From the NCBI GenBank assembly GCA_903820085.1, contig CAIJGA010000032.1, positions 10,109 to 74,108 on the forward strand: a stretch of 64,000 nt of DNA. Direction: 5' to 3'. The notes beneath the pieces were generated by a model. It made no database searches. It was not told the origin of the DNA and was given only the letters and a program-made list of their open reading frames with translations. Below, in pieces: positions 58,036-64,000 of this stretch. The DNA comes from an uncultured Chlorobiaceae bacterium. GTDB taxonomy: Bacteria; Bacteroidota; Chlorobiia; Chlorobiales; Chlorobiaceae. The position numbers and the translations under genes were made by a program. How positions within the stretch are numbered: the stretch's first letter is position 1; the number at the start of each line of letters is the position of its first letter.

Positions 58036-58992
58036 CTATTTTTCATGTATTTCATAGGCGTTGATGATGTCGCGGACAAGTTTATGGCGGACAACATCTG
58101 TTTTATCCAGATAGACGAAGCTGATCCCCTTGATATCGTTCAGGATTTTCGGTGAATTGGTAAGCCCGGAATCGATCTCTTTTGGAAGATCAATCTGGGT
58201 TACATCGCCGGTAATGATCGCTTTCGAATTGATACCCAGCCTTGTCAAGCACATTTTCATCTGTTTGTTTGATGCATTCTGGGCCTCGTCGAGAATAATA
58301 AACGAATTGCTCATGGTTCTCCCTCGCATGTAGGCAAGCGGAACAATTTCAATAACCCGTTGTTCCGTAAGGAGTTTCAGTTTTTCTGCAGTCAGCATGT
58401 CTTGCAGTGCATCATACAGGGGGCGCAGGTAGGGGTCTATTTTCTGAGCCAGATCGCCGGGCAGAAATCCCAGGCTTTCACCTGCTTCAACCGCAGGTCG
58501 GGCGAGCACGATACGCTTGACCCTTTTGGCTTTCCAGGCAGCCACCGCTATGGCGACGGCGGTGTACGTTTTTCCTGTACCGGCCGGGCCGATGGCAAAG
58601 AGAATGTCGTTTGTTCTGGCTTCTGCAACCATTCGTCGCTGGCCATCCGTTTTGGCCCTCACGGTATAGTCTGGTGTCGTGAGAATAATATCGTCATCAC
58701 CGAAATGAGTTGCTTTTGGCCTCTCAGAAGGGGAGAGAGCAAGATTGATGAGTGTATTGAGGTCATTATCGAGCACCTCACCATGTTTGTTGGCAAGTAA
58801 AATCAGCTCATTGAAAATCCGCTCAACCAATGCCACCTCTTCAGCTCTTCCCCTAAGGATAATCTGTGTTCCCCTTGCAATAATCTGTATATCGGAAAAC
58901 TCATTCCGGATTTTTTTCAGGATAGCATCGTACGGTCCGAAAAGAATGACCGGTTCAATACCCTGGATTTCGATAATTTGTTCTGTGGTCAA
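58036..58992 (-). CDS. phoH: PhoH family ATPase
   Basis: Walker A GPAGTGKTY and the ILDEAQN Walker B region. Confidence 0.9.
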   Translation of the reverse strand: MTTEQIIEIQGIEPVILFGPYDAILKKIRNEFSDIQIIARGTQIILRGRAEEVALVERIFNELILLANKHGEVLDNDLNTLINLALSPSERPKATHFGDDDIILTTPDYTVRAKTDGQRRMVAEARTNDILFAIGPAGTGKTYTAVAIAVAAWKAKRVKRIVLARPAVEAGESLGFLPGDLAQKIDPYLRPLYDALQDMLTAEKLKLLTEQRVIEIVPLAYMRGRTMSNSFIILDEAQNASNKQMKMCLTRLGINSKAIITGDVTQIDLPKEIDSGLTNSPKILNDIKGISFVYLDKTDVVRHKLVRDIINAYEIHEK

Positions 58993-59004
58993 ATTTGCTT
59001 CTGG

Positions 59005-60006
59005 TTATGCATTATAAGGGATTTCCCTCCGATCGAAATAGGGGTTGTCTGCGGAGAGGTATTGCTGCACATACTCTTTTATGCCATCTTCGATCGAAGT
59101 GAGCGGCTCGCTGAATCCTGCCTGCCTGAGTTTTGTGATATCTGCACTGGTATAGTACTGGTATTTGTCGCGCAGGGTTTCCGGCATCGGCATGTAGTTG
59201 ATGACGGGTTGACGGTTGAGCGCCAAAAATGTGGCCGCGGCCAGATCGTTGAAACTTCTCGGCGTTCCGCTTCCGACATTGAAAAGACCAGCCGCTGAGG
59301 GGTTTTCAAGCATCCAGGCCATAATTCTGGTGCAGTCCCTGACATAGACAAAATCCCTCAACTGTTCGCCGTCACAGTAGTCTGGCCTGTGCGACTGAAA
59401 GAGATTCAACGATCCTTTTTCGCCAATCTGATGGAACGCCTTGTAGACAACGCTGCTCATATCACCCTTGTGATACTCGTTCGGGCCGTAGACGTTGAAG
59501 AATTTCAGGCCAACCGCATGGTTGAGCACATCGTGCTTCACTGCCCAGCGGTCGAAGAGATGCTTGGAATATCCGTACATATTCAGGGGCCGGAGAGCTG
59601 GAAGCCCCTCAATGGCATCATTGTATCCGTTCGATCCGTCACCGTAGGTAGCCGCGCTTGATGCGTAGACAAGCCGGACATTGCGCTTCATGCAAAACGA
59701 AGCAATCTTTTTTGTATAGCCGAAATTGTTGGCGAGAAGGTGGTCGGCATCCGTTTCCGTTGTCGAACTGTTTGCTCCCATGTGGATAATGGCCGAAATG
59801 CCTTCAAGGGCGTTTCTCTCAAGCAGCTCTGGAAAATGCTCTATGGGTATGACATCAGCAAAATGAAGTCCGGACAGGTTGCGCCATTTTTCTGTCGTTG
59901 TTGAACCCAGATCATCAACGACGATGATATCCTCCTCCCCTTTGCCATTAAGCTCCCAAAGCATGGCACTGCCGATAAATCCGGCGCCGCCGGTAATAAT
60001 GATCAT
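59005..60006 (-). CDS. hldD: ADP-glyceromanno-heptose 6-epimerase
   Basis: MIIITGGAGFIGS, ASSAATYG and YGYSK motifs. Start chosen at 60006. Confidence 0.9.
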   Translation of the reverse strand: MIIITGGAGFIGSAMLWELNGKGEEDIIVVDDLGSTTTEKWRNLSGLHFADVIPIEHFPELLERNALEGISAIIHMGANSSTTETDADHLLANNFGYTKKIASFCMKRNVRLVYASSAATYGDGSNGYNDAIEGLPALRPLNMYGYSKHLFDRWAVKHDVLNHAVGLKFFNVYGPNEYHKGDMSSVVYKAFHQIGEKGSLNLFQSHRPDYCDGEQLRDFVYVRDCTRIMAWMLENPSAAGLFNVGSGTPRSFNDLAAATFLALNRQPVINYMPMPETLRDKYQYYTSADITKLRQAGFSEPLTSIEDGIKEYVQQYLSADNPYFDRREIPYNA

Positions 60007-60199
60007 AGAGAAAATGATAGAGATTGTAGAGCAGGCACTTCGAATATAAAGAGGGAAGGATAAAAACAAAAGCAGCTCTCTGCAACTTAAAAGTTCAGAG
60101 ACTTGCGCAAGGTATTGATGAGTGTGTCGAAGGGAAGACGGCTTCTGGTCATCAGGCTCATCCTCGGCAACACGTGTTGTTTCATTTTTGTGGTCTCAA

Positions 60200-60246
60200 A
60201 GTGCTGAGTTTCAGTTGAAAGATTTCATCTTTCTCAACTCAGCACT
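60200..60246. repeat. long hairpin-forming inverted repeat downstream of the sigma-like gene
   Basis: AGTGCTGAGTT (60200-60210) pairs perfectly with AACTCAGCACT (60236-60246). The inner GTTGAAAGAT/ATCTTTCTCAAC extends the stem imperfectly. Confidence 0.6.
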
Positions 60247-60291
60247 TGACAACTATGGAATTCAGCAAGATTATTTGCCTCTTTCTCGCCA

Positions 60292-60726
60292 CTAACTTGC
60301 TTTCAGATGACCTGTGTTTACTGGATTTGCAGGTGATAAAAGTATTCTCCCCCAGTAAAGCCAAAGTCTTACCGTTTCGACCGGCTTGCCGACAATTTCG
60401 GAGATCTGCAAATGCTTCAAACCCGATATTTCGGTTAACAGAACGGAGAGCTTGATATCGGCAGCCCATTGCATCATCGAATCAAGCGGTTGAACAAAAC
60501 TCTCGCACGGTTGTTGACTCCAACAGAAATCGGCTTTTTGTCCGAAACGTTCCATATAGCACTCCCGAAACGTTTTCAGCAACACCCTCTCTTCCGTTTT
60601 CGTGTTCGCAGAGAGGTAGGTGCTGTAAACAAGTTCGGTCGAAACATCTTCACTGCCTGTCATCCAGTATGCAAGGGAGTACAGATCATCAAGAAGATCA
60701 AGAGCTGTTTTTTTTATCCTTTTCAT
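60292..60726 (-). CDS. short ECF-like sigma-70 family protein
   Basis: Region-2-like DLYSLAYWMTGSEDVSTELVYSTYL and region-4 HTH-like LTEISGLKHLQISEIVGKPVETVRLWLYWGR. At 144 aa it is shorter than typical ECF sigma factors. Confidence 0.55.
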   Translation of the reverse strand: MKRIKKTALDLLDDLYSLAYWMTGSEDVSTELVYSTYLSANTKTEERVLLKTFRECYMERFGQKADFCWSQQPCESFVQPLDSMMQWAADIKLSVLLTEISGLKHLQISEIVGKPVETVRLWLYWGRILLSPANPVNTGHLKAS

Positions 60727-60903
60727 CTCGCCTCCATTATAATTGGATTAATTTTGTCCTGTTTTAATTTATAAAAAAAAATGAGGATTGTCCAGATATT
60801 TTTCCTGAATTGTTCGAAAAAGCTGTTTTTTATATAAAAACAGTGCAGGCGCCAACTTTATTCGGCTTATCCTGTCGGTTTGACCTATTTACAGCAACAA
60901 TAG

Positions 60904-61983
60904 ATGAACGGCAACATGAAGAGAGATATACAGCACCTTCTTAATCCTGCATTACAGAATATTGCGACATACAAGGTTGAGGGTGGACAACATGCCGAAA
61001 TAAAGCTGAACCAGAACGAAAGTCCTTTTGATGTGCCGATGTGGCTCAAGGAAGAGATTATCGGAGAGTTTGTCAAGGAGTCCTGGAACCGGTATCCGGA
61101 TATTCTTCCCTACAGGGGAATGCAAGCCTATGCTGATTTTCTTGGCATTTCGCCCGATTCGGTGATGATGAGCAACGGATCGAATGAGATGCTCTATACC
61201 ATTTTTCTTGCCTGTCTCGGACCTGGCAGGAAGGTGCTGATTCCCGATCCTTCGTTTTCGCTCTACGAAAAAATAGCCAGGCTCCTGCAGTCGCAGATTG
61301 TCACAGTTCCAATGCTTGCGAACCTTGATTTTGATACGGAGGCGATTCTTCGTGTTGCCCGAGATGAAGCTGTTGATTTTATTGTTATATCTACACCGAA
61401 CAACCCCACTGGCAAATCGCTCACCTTTGAAGAGGTTCGGCTGATTGCTCAATCTTCCGATGCCATTGTTCTGGTTGATGAAGCCTATATTGAGTTTTCC
61501 CGTCAGCGCTCCATTCTTGAATTGATCGACGAATTGCCGAATCTTGTTGTGCTTCGCACCATGTCGAAAGCCCTTGCCCTGGCGGGAATCCGTATTGGTT
61601 TTGCTATTGCCAGTCCAGTGCTGATGGCCGAGATTGCCAAACCTAAAATTCCTTTCGCATCAAGCCGACTGGCCGAGATAACGCTTGCAAAGGTGTTGGC
61701 CAATTACTCGCTCGTTACCGATTCGGTATCCTATATTCTTCATGAACGCGACAAGCTTTATGAGGCGTTGCTCTCCCTTGACGGTGTTGAGCCGTTTTTG
61801 AGTGATACCAATTTTTTGATTATCAGGGTTGGCGATGCGGACGCTCTTTTTCAAAGTCTCAGGAGCGAAGGAATTCTGGTGAGAAATGTATCCGGTTACC
61901 ACCTCATGGAGAACTGCCTGAGATTCAATGTCGGTCTCGTTGATGAAAATCAGCGGCTTATTGACAAACTTCGGTTGCTGTAG
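60904..61983 (+). CDS. hisC: histidinol-phosphate aminotransferase
   Basis: KLNQNESPF, NPNNPTG-like PNNPTGK, and the PLP Lys region RTMSKALALAGIRIG. Confidence 0.9.
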   Translation: MNGNMKRDIQHLLNPALQNIATYKVEGGQHAEIKLNQNESPFDVPMWLKEEIIGEFVKESWNRYPDILPYRGMQAYADFLGISPDSVMMSNGSNEMLYTIFLACLGPGRKVLIPDPSFSLYEKIARLLQSQIVTVPMLANLDFDTEAILRVARDEAVDFIVISTPNNPTGKSLTFEEVRLIAQSSDAIVLVDEAYIEFSRQRSILELIDELPNLVVLRTMSKALALAGIRIGFAIASPVLMAEIAKPKIPFASSRLAEITLAKVLANYSLVTDSVSYILHERDKLYEALLSLDGVEPFLSDTNFLIIRVGDADALFQSLRSEGILVRNVSGYHLMENCLRFNVGLVDENQRLIDKLRLL

Positions 61984-61984
61984 C

Positions 61985-62527
61985 ATGAAGGAGTTCAGAA
62001 AGCTGGATGGCACCGAAATGGATCGGATGAGTGCGGAGCAGTACCTCGGATCGCCGAAGCATCCTCTTGTATTGATGTTGCACAATATCCGCAGCATGTG
62101 GAATGTCGGTTCTATGTTTCGTACAGCGGATGCTGCAGGGATTCAAAAAATCATTCTTTCCGGCTATACCGCCACACCGCCAAGAAAAGAGATTGACAAA
62201 ACCGCACTGGGAGCCCAGAATACCGTTGCCTGGGAGTATCATGCCGATCCGCTGGAGGCTATTGAAAGCATGAAGAGGGATGGCATGAGAATCTGCGGAC
62301 TTGAGATTACGGAAGGGAGTCGTCCCTATACCAGCATGAGTTCCGGAGATTTTCCGATTTGCCTTGTTGTCGGCAATGAAGTTGACGGTCTTGAAAACGA
62401 GTTACTCCAGTTGTGTGACGAGGTCCTTGAAATTCCCCAGTTCGGTACGAAACATTCCTTGAATGTTGCTGTTGCAGCGGGGATTGTCTTGTTTGAGCTG
62501 ATAAATGTTTTTCGAAGAACCGTGTAA
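61985..62527 (+). CDS. TrmH/SpoU family RNA 2'-O-methyltransferase
   Basis: SpoU motifs NVGSMFRTADAAG, LVVGNEVDGL and IPQFGTKHSLNVAVAAGIVLFE. ATG at 61985. Confidence 0.8.
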   Translation: MKEFRKLDGTEMDRMSAEQYLGSPKHPLVLMLHNIRSMWNVGSMFRTADAAGIQKIILSGYTATPPRKEIDKTALGAQNTVAWEYHADPLEAIESMKRDGMRICGLEITEGSRPYTSMSSGDFPICLVVGNEVDGLENELLQLCDEVLEIPQFGTKHSLNVAVAAGIVLFELINVFRRTV

Positions 62528-62591
62528 CTTTTTGTTTTTTGCCGTTGTTTTAGTTTACTTATATTATAAATGTTTATAACCCCGTTCTTCG

Positions 62592-63422
62592 ATGCTTCAT
62601 TACAAGACATATGAGTTGGATAACTCGGAAGCTCCCTGGGTTGTGTTTGTTCATGGAGCTGGCGGCAGTTCTTCAATATGGTTTCTGCAGATAAAAGAGT
62701 TCATCCGGCATTTCAATGTTTTGCTCGTCGATCTCCGGGGGCATGGCAAGTCAAAAGGCATCGTTGTACCCAAGGATAAGCATTATTACGATTTTGAGGA
62801 TGTTACCCGTGATATTCTTGAGGTGCTTGATTCCCTGAAGATCGAGAAAGCCCATTTTGTCGGCATATCGCTGGGGACCATAATTATCCGTAACCTCAGT
62901 GAAATTGCTCCCGGAAGGGTCACATCCATGATTATGGGCGGGGCCATCATAAGGCTTAACGTTCGGGCCAAGATTTTGGTTACCCTTGGCAATATGTTCA
63001 AGAGGTTTGTTCCCTACATGTGGCTCTACAGCTTTTTTGCATGGATTATCATGCCAAGCGAGCGACATAAGCGTTCAAGACTGCTTTTTGTCAATGAAGC
63101 CAAAAAGGTTGCCCAGAAGGAGTTCATGCGCTGGTTTACCCTTACCTATGAAATCACGCCGCTGCTGAAATACTTTGAAGAGAAGGATACCGCCATTCCT
63201 ACGCTCTACCTCATGGGTGACGAAGACCACATGTTTTTGCCGGCTGTGCGCTATATCATTACAAAGCATACCAATTCATGGCTTGAAGTGATTGGAAATT
63301 CCGGCCACGTCTGTAACGTCGATCAGCCGCGCGAGTTCAACGCCCGTGCAATTCTTTTCCTGAAAAAAATGTCGGCAGTCAGTGCAGGTGACCAGTCAAT
63401 AGTCCAGCTTGCTCACTGTTAA
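62592..63422 (+). CDS. alpha/beta hydrolase
   Basis: FVHGAGGS, nucleophile elbow GISLGT, and a C-terminal SGHVCNVDQP. Confidence 0.75.
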   Translation: MLHYKTYELDNSEAPWVVFVHGAGGSSSIWFLQIKEFIRHFNVLLVDLRGHGKSKGIVVPKDKHYYDFEDVTRDILEVLDSLKIEKAHFVGISLGTIIIRNLSEIAPGRVTSMIMGGAIIRLNVRAKILVTLGNMFKRFVPYMWLYSFFAWIIMPSERHKRSRLLFVNEAKKVAQKEFMRWFTLTYEITPLLKYFEEKDTAIPTLYLMGDEDHMFLPAVRYIITKHTNSWLEVIGNSGHVCNVDQPREFNARAILFLKKMSAVSAGDQSIVQLAHC

Positions 63423-63991
63423 CTGACCGCTTTGTTGTAGTTGTTCATGGCATGCTCTATCCCGTTGATTGCAAAATCAAGTGCGGCATCCCTGCACACC
63501 GGCAATATTTTCTCCATAACGGCCCTCTCATTTTCACTGAATTTTCCGAGCACAAACGACGAAAACGAGCTTAAAGGCTGTTCGTTAAGCCGGATACCTA
63601 TCCGCAACCGGGCAAACTCCTCGCTTCCGAGCGATTCAATAATGTGTTTCAATCCGTTTTGTCCGCCCGCAGATCCTTGTGCCCGAAGTCTTATGGAGCC
63701 AGCAGGGAGGTTGAGGTCATCACAAATCACCAGCATATCACTGCTCCCTATTTTATAAAAATTCATGGCAGCAACAACAGCATGGCCTGAAAGGTTCATA
63801 TAGGTCATCGGTTTGATGATGATGACCTGCTCCTGGTGATGGGTAATTTTTGTTCCAAGGAATTTTCCCTTTCCCTTACTGAATTTCGCCCCGAACGAGT
63901 CGGCAATTTTTTCAACAGCACAAAAGCCGATGTTGTGCCTGGTGCCGATGTACTGGGATTCAGGATTGCCAAGACCCACAATAAGTTTCAT
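63419..63991 (-). CDS. pth: aminoacyl-tRNA (peptidyl-tRNA) hydrolase
   Basis: MKLIVGLGNP...YIGTRHNIGF and GGQNGLKHI motifs. Confidence 0.95.
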   Translation of the reverse strand: MKLIVGLGNPESQYIGTRHNIGFCAVEKIADSFGAKFSKGKGKFLGTKITHHQEQVIIIKPMTYMNLSGHAVVAAMNFYKIGSSDMLVICDDLNLPAGSIRLRAQGSAGGQNGLKHIIESLGSEEFARLRIGIRLNEQPLSSFSSFVLGKFSENERAVMEKILPVCRDAALDFAINGIEHAMNNYNKAVS

Positions 63992-64000
63992 ATCGCAAAG

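Overview
The window looks like chromosomal DNA from a green sulfur bacterium (Chlorobiaceae). This is inferred from gene content: a UbiA-family (bacterio)chlorophyll synthase, two tandem 62-aa 2[4Fe-4S] ferredoxins, a KorB-like oxidoreductase subunit, an archaeal/eukaryote-type ProRS, and an hrcA-grpE-dnaJ cluster without dnaK. I count about 60 protein genes and one tRNA-Val(CAC). By eye there is no rRNA, CRISPR array, transposase or integrase. Most of the window is densely packed housekeeping: lnt, ispE, proS, prmC, hrcA-grpE-dnaJ, malic enzyme, gap, mpl, proBA, an RND efflux operon, msr genes, hisC, pth and others. Three stretches look accessory. (i) 3.6-5.0 kb is a very AT-rich islet carrying an H-NS-like gene and a DUF1566 secreted protein. 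(ii) 30.2-33.1 kb holds a two-gene membrane module, a YdjI-type SPFH protein with a SHOCT tail plus a large protein built as [Gly/His-rich]-[Tim44-like + Zn-ribbon] x2-[TerB-like], with no PspA nearby. (iii) 33.8-38.6 kb is a lower-GC block encoding a small secreted protein with a clan-CD (caspase/legumain-like) His...Cys dyad, a secreted two-lobed partner, a CsgG-family pore protein with no curli genes and no lipobox, an orphan KorB-like subunit missing one Fe-S cysteine ligand, and a small CxxC protein. My best candidates for an undescribed system are the caspase-fold/partner/CsgG-like module (34272-36871) and the SPFH/Tim44-ZnR-TerB pair (30237-33126). All functional calls come from motif recognition in the supplied translations. 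No database search was possible, and many start codons are my own choice among in-frame alternatives.
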